Shown here in pieces: positions 22,796 to 33,337 of a stretch of 64,000 bases of DNA (position 1 is the first letter of the stretch; the number at the start of each line of letters is the position of its first letter). Source of the stretch: Naegleria gruberi. Taxonomy: Eukaryota. The notes beneath the pieces were generated by a model. The model ran no database searches. It was not told the DNA's origin and saw nothing but the letters and a program-made list of their open reading frames with translations. The translations under genes and the position numbers were made by a program. The stretch lies in the NCBI GenBank assembly GCA_000004985.1, contig GG738862.1. One strand, given 5' to 3'.

Positions 22796-23263
22796 TTAAC
22801 ACCAACTAACACCTCCAGCACAACCCACACCGCCATATCCACCATAACCAACACCATAACCATAACCACCACCATATCCATAACCACCGCCATATCCACC
22901 ATAACCACCATAAAATGGAACACCTCCATATCCACCATATCCACCATAGCATGGAATTCCTCCTCCGTATCCACCATAGAAAGGCATTGAGTAGGCACTT
23001 CCATAATTGGTTCCATAACTACTTGGTCCAGTATATGAAGATCCATAACTTGAGTATGGACTTGAATTGACTGCATTCACTTGATTCAAATAGGATTGAG
23101 TATTTTGTCCATATTGATTGTAATTTCCTCCAGTGACTCCATAATTAGAACCAGCACCCCCTGATGTACCATAATTAGTACCGTAATTGTTGCTATATTG
23201 ACAGTTGACCAAGCAAGTAGCCAAAAGTAAGGTTGCTACTAGAGCAGCGATAAATTTGTTCAT
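22796..23263 (-). CDS. Secreted Gly/Tyr-rich low-complexity protein (155 aa).
   Basis: Signal peptide MNKFIAALVATLLLATCLVNC, followed by (N/S)YG and GGYGGYGG repeats. Confidence 0.6.
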   Translation of the reverse strand: MNKFIAALVATLLLATCLVNCQYSNNYGTNYGTSGGAGSNYGVTGGNYNQYGQNTQSYLNQVNAVNSSPYSSYGSSYTGPSSYGTNYGSAYSMPFYGGYGGGIPCYGGYGGYGGVPFYGGYGGYGGGYGYGGGYGYGVGYGGYGGVGCAGGVSWC

Positions 23264-23757
23264 TGTTTTTGAGTTGTTTTTTTATGTGTGAATTGATTTT
23301 GAATGAGGATGTTGTTCATTGGGTATTTATATGTTTTTTGAAAGATTATGTTGTTGCATACATGTGTACTAACAGATTGTTTCCAAATGTAAAATTGACA
23401 AAAAAGGAATGTGTTATTTGGAAAGATTGTTGTGAGTGAAAATGGAGAGTTGACTAAAATGAAACGTTTCATTTATGTGTTTAATAATGGAATAAGAGAT
23501 TTGTTAAGCATTTTTTGTAATCTGCTTCTATACTTAAAGCTCGTGGCCATGATTGGACATAAGATTAAGATCCCTTCAATTAGCAACGAGGTAACATTAG
23601 TCAATTTATCCACCAAACACTTTCGTAACCTCCTAAACAGCGGAGAGTTTAATTGTGTTACTGTAAATGAATGTGTGGCCAATAATGGAAGTTTAGGAGG
23701 TTACGAAAGTGTTATAACCACTAACTCCCATTACAACATTAAAAAAATTAAAAAAAA

Positions 23758-24438
23758 ATGGCACAATACACACAACAAAGACTCGACGATTTATTCAACA
23801 AGTACTATGAGAGTGATTTGAAGAATTTATGTGAAAGGTACGAAGAGTTATCCTCCAAGTATCAAATCGAAACAAAGAAGAATTTCAGATTATTGTCAAG
23901 TTATCCAAGCGACCAGACATCATTGAGTGTTTCTGCTCTCCGCTCAGCTATTGCAAAGGAAATTAAAGCCATCACACCAAAGGAGGTTGTTGAAGGAGTA
24001 AAGAAGAGAAAATTGGCTCGTAAACAGAAGGAAATGGAAAAGAAGAAGAGAAAATATCAGAAATCTCATGGACATGTTTGTAAAAAGTGTGGAGGAAAGG
24101 ATTTTCTTGGTATTTATCATAAGTATAATGATGGAGGACATTGTACATTGCCAAGTGGAAAGGAATGTGATGGTTATTCTCCTAGTTTTGCAAATATTTG
24201 TAATAGTGATCAAATGTTGATGGATATTTGTGTGGATTGTGGAACTATCTTTGGATTGGATGTGGCTGAATTGAAGAGACAAATTGCTTATTCTGATAAT
24301 AATGAAGATATTCGTCAAGCTGAAGGTGAAAGCTCAACTGAAGAAGTTTTTGATTATGGAGAAGAAGAAGATTCTGAATCTGAAGAAGATGCATCTGAAG
24401 AAGAAGAAGAATATGTATCTGATGAGGATGAGGAATAA
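23758..24438 (+). CDS. Hypothetical protein (226 aa) with a Cys/His-rich putative zinc-binding centre and an acidic C-terminal tail.
   Basis: HGHVCKKCGG...GHCTLPSGKECDGY...CVDCG, then EEEDSESEEDASEEEEEYVSDEDEE. The ATG is preceded by an A-run. Confidence 0.55.
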   Translation: MAQYTQQRLDDLFNKYYESDLKNLCERYEELSSKYQIETKKNFRLLSSYPSDQTSLSVSALRSAIAKEIKAITPKEVVEGVKKRKLARKQKEMEKKKRKYQKSHGHVCKKCGGKDFLGIYHKYNDGGHCTLPSGKECDGYSPSFANICNSDQMLMDICVDCGTIFGLDVAELKRQIAYSDNNEDIRQAEGESSTEEVFDYGEEEDSESEEDASEEEEEYVSDEDEE

Positions 24439-24440
24439 AT

Positions 24441-27377
24441 TTACATTCTATTCATTTCTTGAAAAATTGAAAATTCACAAATGAAAGAATGGTCAACTTG
24501 CAATGAAGGTGAGGCAAATTGCAGAGCCATTTCATTTTGTTTGACAGCTACTTGTACAAACTCTTTTGTAGATCTCAATGTAGGACTGCAATATTCCAGT
24601 GCAAGGCCATTATATTTGACAAACTCTATCATGACTTGCTCATTATCTTTGTAATGATCTGGTAATAAATCTAAATACTTGATTTCATTTGTGATTTTTA
24701 CAGATTCCAATAGAAATTCAGAGTGATTTCGTAAATAGTTCTGTGAAACAAATGGCAATAATCCTTTCACATCAAGCTTGAGAATATTTTCATCGGTGAA
24801 TGCTTGTGAAGCCAAATTATTGTAATTTCTGTATCCGCATTGGATGGCTATTTTGATAATTTCCTTTTCATACTGAAGATGTGATGGTATCAAATTGAAT
24901 AGTTTAGGATAATTAGAAAGCAATAATTGTATCATTTCAATTGATTCCTTGAGATTTTCATCCAAATGTCTGAAATTATTTGGATCCTTCAAGATGGCAC
25001 GTTTCATAAGTTCAGCATCTGACCTCTTCTCTTTTGGAAATTGAGAAACATTGACTCCCTTATCAATACATGTAGCTAGAAATTCATCTTGACATTTTAA
25101 ATCATTACAAGCAATCTGAAAGAAATCTTGTCCATACTCTACAGCAGATTCAATAAAATCCCTATCTTCAGAAAACAGTTCAATAAGGAATGGCATTGGA
25201 ATCTTGTATCTATCCACTGAGAGAATAGAAAGAAGAATCTTACGTATGGTTCCTTTTTGCTGATCATCCAAATATCTTTCTTTTAGTTGTTGTAAAGCTT
25301 CTTCGTCTAGAGAAGTGCTACCAGATAGAATGTCAACAACTTCCTCAATCATAACCATGTCTACCAGAACAGTTTCGAAAAATTCACGTAAAATAGCTTT
25401 GGACTTTCTCTTTTCGAAAGGAAGTTTAAAGAATAAATCTCTATCAAGAGAAAGTGCCTGACTGGCTAATTCATCATAGAATGGTAGAGAAGGATCAAAC
25501 CATGCTGTTTGTTCAATGATAGAGGGGTTGTTAGTGATAACATCAATAAGGAACTGAGAGTTTGTTTTTAAATCTTTGTGAATTTGTCCAAAGTTTCTGT
25601 ACGGGTTGAGGGTTACTGATTTGAGAGCTAGATCTCTATTTCCCTTTAGTCTTGCACTCGCATAGCTAAACAGTTCGGGATCTTTCTCAATAATTTCATT
25701 CATAATTTCCAAATCATCTCTTATTGATGGTGGAGCGAATTCAATGACTTGCAGATTATTTTGAAGAGCAATCTTGAAAAATTCCAAATCATTCATATAA
25801 TCTCTCAGATACTGTAGACAAGCTCCATTAACTGATACAAACTTCAATAAGTATTCTCTGTTCCACTTCATTTCCTCTGGTATGAATATGATTGTTTCTT
25901 CATTGTACTTGACAAGATTTAAATAAAAATCCAAATCTCGATGTCTATTCTCACCTCTTGAGAATCTATTCCTAATTTCAGGTTTTATCCATCCCAAATT
26001 TTGTTTGACCACTTGTTCTAATTTAGGATCTTGATTCAATTCTTCTGAAATGGTTGTAATTGCCCAAACGTTTTGACGTAAAGCTTGGAGTACAACTTCT
26101 GTATCTTTTCTATATTCAGGATACACATACTGAATGGCTATTCCATTTCTCTTTAAGACTTCCAATACAAAATGCTTATGTTGATAGGGAGATAGTTCCA
26201 TACAGAAAGGATGAATGCTGGCAGCTTCCAAATGTTTGTGCCACAATGTTGAATTGTTTGGATTTTTAAATGCTTGTGTGTAGGCTTGTGAAATGGCAGC
26301 CATTTTGTGCATGAAACTAACTCTTTCTTTTCTATTTGGATTTTTCAATGTTTCAACAATCTTTCGAATAAAATCAGTAGGAGTATTTCCAACAAGCTGC
26401 TCAATAGTTACACCCAACGAATACAAATCTGTATCAATACCGTATGGAAGTGGTAAATTCTTCCTTTCCTCAGGTTTAATTTTCTTCAAATTCTCAATAT
26501 ATTCAAATATAATTGGATCCATATAACTAAGAGTACCTCCATCGTTCACCTCTTTGATTGATTTTTGACTAAATGATAATCCAAAATCTCCAACAACCAC
26601 CTGAATACTTTCCAAATCAAAATCAATACTTCTGACCAATAAATTTCCTGGCTTGATATCTCTATGACAAATATTCTTTTTGGAAATATATGAAAGTGCA
26701 TCACAAACCTGAGCTACAATTTGAATAAGCATTGAATCAGTGAGCTTTCGTTTATAGCTAACCAGAGATCCCTTCTCCATAAATTCCATTTCAAGACAAA
26801 CCATTCCCTCAATAATGTGAAAATCATCAACTTTTACAATATGTTCATGATCTAATTGAATTGAATTTGCCAATTCCTGAAATCCAATAACAGTAGAGGA
26901 ATTTGTAATACATTTAATGGCCTTCCTATTCTCACCAATCAACACTGTAAAAACAGATCCAAATCCTCCTGAACCAACACAATCGTCCACTTTCAATCCT
27001 TTCGAATAGAAATATTCTTTCAACCTTCTCTCCGTTGTATTTTCATTTAACATTTTCTTCAATTGTTCCTCACGATTATTAAATTTATCATTTTCATTCT
27101 TCATTGTGGTTTGTTCTCCATCCCGATCATCATTAATATTCATATTAATATTATTTAAATTATTTAAATTATTTAAATTATTATTATTGGGTAAAACATC
27201 AACTAAATTCAAAGCCTTCTTTTTCTTAAGTTGTCGAAAGGAAATTGTTTTTTGATTAGTTTCATCATCATCACGCATGACTTGAACAGTTTCATCATCA
27301 CTAAAATCATCGGAAGAGTCTAATAAAATTTTGATAGATTCTTCTCTCTTCCTTTTGTGTGCTGCGTCATTGAGCAT
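24441..27377 (-). CDS. Ser/Thr protein kinase (N-terminal) fused to a long array of about 30-aa DUF4116-like repeats (978 aa).
   Basis: Kinase motifs GSGGFGSV, AIKCI, HRDIKPGNLL, DFGLS, and an APE-like segment. C-terminal repeats have the consensus YNGLALEYCSPTLRSTKEFVQVAVKQNEMALQFASPSLQ, that is (A/G)LxFASxxLRxDxE(F/I)VLxAVxxNGxAL. Confidence 0.75.
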   Translation of the reverse strand: MLNDAAHKRKREESIKILLDSSDDFSDDETVQVMRDDDETNQKTISFRQLKKKKALNLVDVLPNNNNLNNLNNLNNINMNINDDRDGEQTTMKNENDKFNNREEQLKKMLNENTTERRLKEYFYSKGLKVDDCVGSGGFGSVFTVLIGENRKAIKCITNSSTVIGFQELANSIQLDHEHIVKVDDFHIIEGMVCLEMEFMEKGSLVSYKRKLTDSMLIQIVAQVCDALSYISKKNICHRDIKPGNLLVRSIDFDLESIQVVVGDFGLSFSQKSIKEVNDGGTLSYMDPIIFEYIENLKKIKPEERKNLPLPYGIDTDLYSLGVTIEQLVGNTPTDFIRKIVETLKNPNRKERVSFMHKMAAISQAYTQAFKNPNNSTLWHKHLEAASIHPFCMELSPYQHKHFVLEVLKRNGIAIQYVYPEYRKDTEVVLQALRQNVWAITTISEELNQDPKLEQVVKQNLGWIKPEIRNRFSRGENRHRDLDFYLNLVKYNEETIIFIPEEMKWNREYLLKFVSVNGACLQYLRDYMNDLEFFKIALQNNLQVIEFAPPSIRDDLEIMNEIIEKDPELFSYASARLKGNRDLALKSVTLNPYRNFGQIHKDLKTNSQFLIDVITNNPSIIEQTAWFDPSLPFYDELASQALSLDRDLFFKLPFEKRKSKAILREFFETVLVDMVMIEEVVDILSGSTSLDEEALQQLKERYLDDQQKGTIRKILLSILSVDRYKIPMPFLIELFSEDRDFIESAVEYGQDFFQIACNDLKCQDEFLATCIDKGVNVSQFPKEKRSDAELMKRAILKDPNNFRHLDENLKESIEMIQLLLSNYPKLFNLIPSHLQYEKEIIKIAIQCGYRNYNNLASQAFTDENILKLDVKGLLPFVSQNYLRNHSEFLLESVKITNEIKYLDLLPDHYKDNEQVMIEFVKYNGLALEYCSPTLRSTKEFVQVAVKQNEMALQFASPSLQVDHSFICEFSIFQEMNRM

Positions 27378-27599
27378 TTTTTTTAAATAGTTTAAATATT
27401 ATTTGTTAATACTTGGTTGACCAATACAATATTTAATATTATTCAAATCTTCAAATCTACCTAATATATATGTCGAAATGTAACTTATTGAGATTATTGT
27501 TTTAAAGAACTACACACAAGATAATTTGTGAAAAAGTTAAAATGGATTTGGCATAAATTAAAAATGGAAATTTTTGCTAAAATTAAACTGTAAAAAAAA

Positions 27600-29495
27600 A
27601 TGTTTGAATTGATATCTTCCTTCCTGTATGAAGTGATCCGATATGTTTTTCACGTAATCTACCTCATCTACACTGTATGGAATTTCAATCATCATCATTA
27701 TCCTGATAATCACAACAATAAGAATAGCAACAACAAATATGATCAACAATTCATAAACGAACAATGTGGAGAAAGTAACTTTCCACTACTCCGATCTCTT
27801 CTAATTGATTCCATTGAATTATTAAAGGCTTGTTTTAATTTTGTATTTGAAAGTTTTGGTGATGAAAAACAAAGAACATTTTCAAAGCCTTCGAAACAAA
27901 AGCCACGAAGTGTTTGTATTATTGGAGCAGGAGTTTCTGGCTTGGTTTCATTAAAGACAATTATTCACGATTATTCGGATGTGGATTTTGCTAATGTGAT
28001 TGTGTTTGAGAGGAGTGAAAGTGTTGGAGGATTGTGGAATTGCAATCAGGCTGGGAAGAGTAAGCAATTTTATGAATTATTGATGGAAAGTGGAAAGAAT
28101 TTGATGGATAATATTGATATCTCACCAATGTATGCCTCATTGCATACGAATACGAGTAGGGATTTGATGGGATTCTCTGATTTTCCAATGAATGAGAAAT
28201 TTCCTGATTTTCCTTCGTGTGAACAAGTTAATAATTATTTGAAGGCCTATGTGGAAAAGTTTGATTTGATGAGATATGTCATGTTCAATACAGAGGTTGT
28301 CAGCGTGAGGAAGAAGGATAAAATTGATCAGGCAACTTGTAAATTCTTTGAGAGGAATCATGTGGACAAACTCACCAAGTGGATTGTGATTACGAAAAAT
28401 CTTTTAACCAATGAATGTGTTGAAAGAGAGTTTGATGTTGTCATTGTTGGCAATGGAAAGAATACAAAACCTAGATTACCAGAACAGTTCAAAAATCTTG
28501 CACAGACCTACAAGCTTGGAAAGGTATTCCACTCTAAAATTTATCAAGACGATTATGAAATTTTCAGAGACAAGACAGTATTGATTATTGGTAGTGGCTC
28601 TTCTGGAAGTGATATTGCTAGTAGAGTTGCACTAGTCACAGAGAATACCTACATTTCAGTTCAGAAAGGTGCCTCTCTGTTACCTAAATATTTAGATGGA
28701 AAACCTATTGATTTCAATGTGGCAAGAAGAAGATACTTTACATGGCTTCCCAAAAGGATACAAACCATGATTTTGAACTTTTTCATCAATAACAGACTTC
28801 CTAAATCTAAACTTTATCATCCTTTCAATTCAAATCCATCAAGAAATCACACAGTTGGATTGAGTTCAGAACTTATTGTAGAGATTGGATTTGGAAGAGT
28901 GAAAGTGCACCCTCCACTTGTATCTTTTTCTGAATCGGAAATCAAATTTGAAAACGGAACAAGTTTGGCCCCAGATTATATAATACTATCGACAGGATAT
29001 GAATTACACTTTCCATTTTTAGAGGATGATATTTTACAATTGGACGAGAATAAGAGTAGAACAACCAAGCTTTATGAGCATATATTTCATATGGATTATC
29101 CCAATTTGATTTTCCTTGGACTTCCATTCACAGTTCATCCTCTAATTGTCTGTGAACTACAAGCAAGATATGCCATTTCTGTTCTAGCTGGACAAAATTC
29201 CATTCCCACAAAGGAAGCAATCAAACGTGCCAACCAGACAAAAATAACGAATTTAGAAAGTATATCAATTAATCCAATCAAATTCTTCCACAGAGAATAT
29301 CATTTGGACTATTGTGACAAGTTGGCAAAACTAGGAGGATTTTTCCCAAATCCATTCAAGTATGAAAACTTTCCTTACTTTAAGGATTTGATATTTGGCC
29401 CTTTTTATGGAATTCATTTTCGTATGCAAGGTTGTGGAAAGTTATCTGACAATCAAATAGCATCCATTCTCACAAGATATAAGGAAAATGAGTGA
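27600..29495 (+). CDS. Flavin-containing monooxygenase (FMO-like), with an N-terminal hydrophobic segment.
   Basis: VCIIGAGVSGLVSLK (GxGxxG FAD site), LIIGSGSSGSDIA (second Rossmann NADPH site), YIILSTGYELHFPF (FATGY-type motif). Confidence 0.7.
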   Translation: MFELISSFLYEVIRYVFHVIYLIYTVWNFNHHHYPDNHNNKNSNNKYDQQFINEQCGESNFPLLRSLLIDSIELLKACFNFVFESFGDEKQRTFSKPSKQKPRSVCIIGAGVSGLVSLKTIIHDYSDVDFANVIVFERSESVGGLWNCNQAGKSKQFYELLMESGKNLMDNIDISPMYASLHTNTSRDLMGFSDFPMNEKFPDFPSCEQVNNYLKAYVEKFDLMRYVMFNTEVVSVRKKDKIDQATCKFFERNHVDKLTKWIVITKNLLTNECVEREFDVVIVGNGKNTKPRLPEQFKNLAQTYKLGKVFHSKIYQDDYEIFRDKTVLIIGSGSSGSDIASRVALVTENTYISVQKGASLLPKYLDGKPIDFNVARRRYFTWLPKRIQTMILNFFINNRLPKSKLYHPFNSNPSRNHTVGLSSELIVEIGFGRVKVHPPLVSFSESEIKFENGTSLAPDYIILSTGYELHFPFLEDDILQLDENKSRTTKLYEHIFHMDYPNLIFLGLPFTVHPLIVCELQARYAISVLAGQNSIPTKEAIKRANQTKITNLESISINPIKFFHREYHLDYCDKLAKLGGFFPNPFKYENFPYFKDLIFGPFYGIHFRMQGCGKLSDNQIASILTRYKENE

Positions 29496-29506
29496 ATTAC
29501 AATCAC

Positions 29507-29640
29507 TTGATATGTTCCAATCAAATTGGTGATGAGGGAGTCAGATCAATGAGTGAAATGAAACAATTGACATCAATATTGATGAAAATGAAGTTGGTGA
29601 TGAAGGAATCAAATCAATAAGTGAAATAGAGAAGCATTAA
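29507..29640 (+). pseudogene. Relic of an RNI-type LRR gene. Two repeat units are separated by a frameshift.
   Basis: NQIGDEGVRSMSEMKQLTSI... and, in the next frame, ENEVGDEGIKSISEIEKH*. These match the xxIGDEGxKxISEMKQL units of the F-box/LRR family in this window. There is no start and no long ORF. Confidence 0.4.
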
Positions 29641-29671
29641 AGCTGACTAAACATTTAATAAATATTGAAAA

Positions 29672-30460
29672 TTACTTCTTGTTGTCTTTATAATCTTTCC
29701 TCTTTGATTTTTCTTTGTAATAATCAATTATTTCATCGACATTACAATAATCTGCCAATGTTCCCTCATAATCTGCATATTCTTCATCATTTTTAATAAT
29801 ATTTCTGTTTTGTAAATCACAATACAAATCAATTTCGAACTGATCTAAATATTTCACTATCTTACTTCTAGCCAATGGTTTAAACGTTTGTGAATCCTTA
29901 TTAATTATTGAAGTTTGGGCACAAATTGTGAAAACAGTATATTCCCATAACTCTGTGACATTCTCATCATACAATTCTGGTTCTGTAAACCTTGGATTTC
30001 CATAAATTGTAATCGTATCACTATGAACAGAGTAACAATCAAAATCTTTAACCTCTCTAACAACCTTGAAAGTTACAAACGGTTCCACACCTTCTCCCAA
30101 ATCTTCTTCTTTGATGATTTTTTCAATATATTGAACATAGTCACTATTCATTAATTCCATTTGCTTGGAGTAAAAGGTGGCAGATTTACCACCATCATTG
30201 TGAAAAACACTTTTTATCCAAGTATTATTATTAATGTTGGTAAAGTCCTTATTATCGTAGTAGGTTTCATAAAATGTTTCTTGGGTGTTGGTAGGATAAT
30301 ACTCCTTTAAGGCATCTCTTTCTTTCCTTTTCAAATAGAAATGTTGATGCACATTAGTAGTGTTTTCAGGGAGTGAAGAAGTAGGACATACGAGAGTGAA
30401 CGAATGATGTGTCGGATCAAAGTTTACGCTCCCTTTCTGCAATTCTAACACAGCAGACAT
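29672..30460 (-). CDS. Hypothetical protein (262 aa).
   Basis: Clean ATG..stop ORF with local codon usage and a lysine-rich C-terminus. No recognisable motif. Confidence 0.5.
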   Translation of the reverse strand: MSAVLELQKGSVNFDPTHHSFTLVCPTSSLPENTTNVHQHFYLKRKERDALKEYYPTNTQETFYETYYDNKDFTNINNNTWIKSVFHNDGGKSATFYSKQMELMNSDYVQYIEKIIKEEDLGEGVEPFVTFKVVREVKDFDCYSVHSDTITIYGNPRFTEPELYDENVTELWEYTVFTICAQTSIINKDSQTFKPLARSKIVKYLDQFEIDLYCDLQNRNIIKNDEEYADYEGTLADYCNVDEIIDYYKEKSKRKDYKDNKK

Positions 30461-30694
30461 TTTTTTGTTTTTTTTTACTAAGAGAAAAAATAATTTTATC
30501 GTAAACGTGCCTTAATGTGTTGTTTATTCCTCCACTTGCTGCTTACTTATCTAACATTCAAAATCGTATTGGAAGAAATAGTGTTTTGCAAAACCAGGCA
30601 GAAATAACAACGTAACTACACCTTTCTTATTCGAACAAGATTTGGTCAACCTTCAACCAATATTTTCTTAACATTGATCAGATTACAAAAAAAA

Positions 30695-31744
30695 ATGGCA
30701 ACACAATTAATGGATTTAACTGTGATCTTGTTACTGGATCAAACTATTAAATCACACCTCTTACCATTAAAAATGCGAGATTTTCATTCGAAACAACATA
30801 ATTTGAGAGAAACACTTCATAATTTAATAGATGAAGCAAATCCATATTTTATTCCGTTGTGGAAATTAGATGTGATCCGAGAGAAATCTTTCATTCTGGA
30901 TGTTCTGGAAGATTCGTTTAGATTTGTTTCGTATACTGCCAAATATATTTTTGCTTCATTGCAAAGAAATGTGTTGGATAATTTAGTGAGAATTCTGCCG
31001 TTTCATTTAAAGGACAAATCATTGGAAAATGCTGCAAAATCTTTCAATAGATTATTCGTTCATTGTTCGAATCTGAAGCCATTATTCAAAACCATTAACA
31101 TTGAATTATTCGAAAGTCAAGTATTGAATCAAAATAGGATTATTCTCAATCAAATTTACGAAATGCTGCTCAATGACAGAAAATGTGCAAAACGATTACT
31201 TGACTTTCATCCAACAGATTTCGAATTTCTGAGTGAGAAACTCAAAGCAGATAAATCCTTCGTATTAGAAACTATTCCAAAATACTCCAATTGCATTAAA
31301 TATGCCAGTGAAGAACTAAGGAATGACAAACAAGTAATTTTACGCGTGTTGGTTGGTAAAAATGGTCTTTTACTAGAATTTGCAAGTGAAGCATTGAGAA
31401 ATGATAGAGAAATAGTTTTGAGAGCAATTGAGGGTGAAAAAATTGCCAATTCCCATTTGCGAATTCCTTCATGTCATGATATGCATATGAATAATGCACT
31501 GGCTTTGCAATTTGCTAGCCCTCAATTGAGAAATGATAGAGAAATAGTTAGTAAGGCAATTATTCGAAATGCTTTGGCAATTCAATTTGCTAGTGAGGAG
31601 TTGAGAAATGATCGAACACTTGTTTCGTATGCTGTACAAAGGAATGCATCAGCTTTGGATTTTGTGAGTGAGGAATTGAGGAAGGATGAGAAAATTATTG
31701 AATTGGCTGCCAAGGCAAGGTTTGCTGATTTAGATATGGATTAA
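30695..31744 (+). CDS. Stand-alone DUF4116-like repeat protein (about 350 aa). It is a paralog of the C-terminal half of the kinase at 24441-27377.
   Basis: LLLEFASEALRNDREIVLRAIEGE, ALQFASPQLRNDREIVSKAIIRNALAIQFASEELRNDRTLVSYAVQRNASALDFVSEELRKDEKII. Confidence 0.65.
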   Translation: MATQLMDLTVILLLDQTIKSHLLPLKMRDFHSKQHNLRETLHNLIDEANPYFIPLWKLDVIREKSFILDVLEDSFRFVSYTAKYIFASLQRNVLDNLVRILPFHLKDKSLENAAKSFNRLFVHCSNLKPLFKTINIELFESQVLNQNRIILNQIYEMLLNDRKCAKRLLDFHPTDFEFLSEKLKADKSFVLETIPKYSNCIKYASEELRNDKQVILRVLVGKNGLLLEFASEALRNDREIVLRAIEGEKIANSHLRIPSCHDMHMNNALALQFASPQLRNDREIVSKAIIRNALAIQFASEELRNDRTLVSYAVQRNASALDFVSEELRKDEKIIELAAKARFADLDMD

Positions 31745-31816
31745 AAGTTTCGAATATTTTCAATGTTTTAATTCGAATAAGAACTAAATTAATTAAAAAA
31801 TTTGTTGTTTTTATTG

Positions 31817-32725
31817 TCAATTCAATATTTCTTTCAAAGATATCGAAGTTCTAAAAGCTGGTTTACAACCAACATTCGAAAGTGGACTATTCACATTTCC
31901 CACACTATTACTGTGGTATGCATTAACAAGATGTGGTTGTGTTGAAAAAGGTATCACCTCAGAAACATTTACATGATTTTCATTGATTGGGGTTTGCTCT
32001 AAACTGAAACAGCCCTTAATTGAACTTTGTCCATTTTTGGAAGGAGATGTACAAGTTGGAATTTTTGATATTTTTGAAGGTTGACTTTCCAAAAAAGCAT
32101 AGTTTTGTTGCATGTTATGTGGCATTTGCGTTAGTAATGAATTATTTTGCTGTTCTTGAACCAGAGTTGGTACTTGACTTAAATACATGTGTGTTTGATT
32201 GTTCTTTCTTGATTGGTGACTTGATTTGATTATCTTACTGGTTGATTGGTTAGGTCTGGTAACAGTCCATCTGAATTGTTGATCATGTTGAGTTGGAGGT
32301 GAAATTGGACGGGTTGGTTGTGGTGAGGTGACAGTTTGTTTGGCAGGTTGATTTGTCATGACATTTGGCAGCATGTAGTGTGAATAAACTGTTGGTTGTT
32401 GAGGAGATAATGTTGGTGAGGTACTGTTAGCCTTTCTTTGTGGAGTCTTTCCTCTAAAACCTGCCAGTTGTCCATTTGCTGACATGTTCTTTGTGAGCTG
32501 GCTCTGTGTTGTAGTTGGCTGCACTGGTTTGTTGACAGTAAATGAGGAACAGAATTGGTGTTGTGAAGAATTAGAATTTGGATCGAAAAAGTTAGTGGTA
32601 GTTGTAGTTGTTCTGGTAATAATTTTGCTATTCGAAACAGTTTGTTTGTTATTAGAATCCTTCATGGTCTTCATCTTGAGAGCGGCAGAAGGAGAGCTCT
32701 GAAAGTCAATAATACTAATCTTCAT
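31817..32725 (-). CDS. Ser/Thr/Gln/Pro-rich low-complexity protein (302 aa).
   Basis: Long ORF containing TTTTTT, SPQQPT and QQ tracts. No domain recognised. Confidence 0.45.
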   Translation of the reverse strand: MKISIIDFQSSPSAALKMKTMKDSNNKQTVSNSKIITRTTTTTTNFFDPNSNSSQHQFCSSFTVNKPVQPTTTQSQLTKNMSANGQLAGFRGKTPQRKANSTSPTLSPQQPTVYSHYMLPNVMTNQPAKQTVTSPQPTRPISPPTQHDQQFRWTVTRPNQSTSKIIKSSHQSRKNNQTHMYLSQVPTLVQEQQNNSLLTQMPHNMQQNYAFLESQPSKISKIPTCTSPSKNGQSSIKGCFSLEQTPINENHVNVSEVIPFSTQPHLVNAYHSNSVGNVNSPLSNVGCKPAFRTSISLKEILN

Positions 32726-33337
32726 ATTGTGCTGATTTTTTTAAAGTGATTTCTTCAATAAAAAACCAAAACAGCAGTCAGTTGTCACTTTATGGCGATC
32801 CAACCATTACCAAAGAGAAAGTAGAGACTAAAATATGAGTGCGTTAAAAAACCAAATCAATACACAAGGATCCAAAGTTGACATTTTAACAAACAATTAG
32901 GGATTACCACTATCACCCTTTCGAATAACAATTGGGTTCACGTCGCCATATCATTGGCAACAAACCGCAAACTACCATCTCTGCCTAGGAAGAAATACCT
33001 AATCTGAACTATCTATCACTCACTCATAGAAGGAGTTGACTTTTTAATTGAAGAAATTTTTTCGTATCTCTTGTTACAAATGACTATTCAAGAAAAAGTG
33101 GTGGAAGGTTGATAACTTGGTAATGGAATCGCTACATGATTTTCACATTGCTTGTAAGGAAATGACCATATGATTATTGTGCACATGGATGTTTGTTGTC
33201 TTTTAGAGTAGTAACTTGTTTGAGTTGTGCTTGTTTATTTACAGTTTTTAATACTTACTTTCGTAAAGAGGTTGGAGAGAGATGAAATTTTGTTAAATTA
33301 ATAGAGATATAAGAATGTGAAAGAATAATACTCTTTT

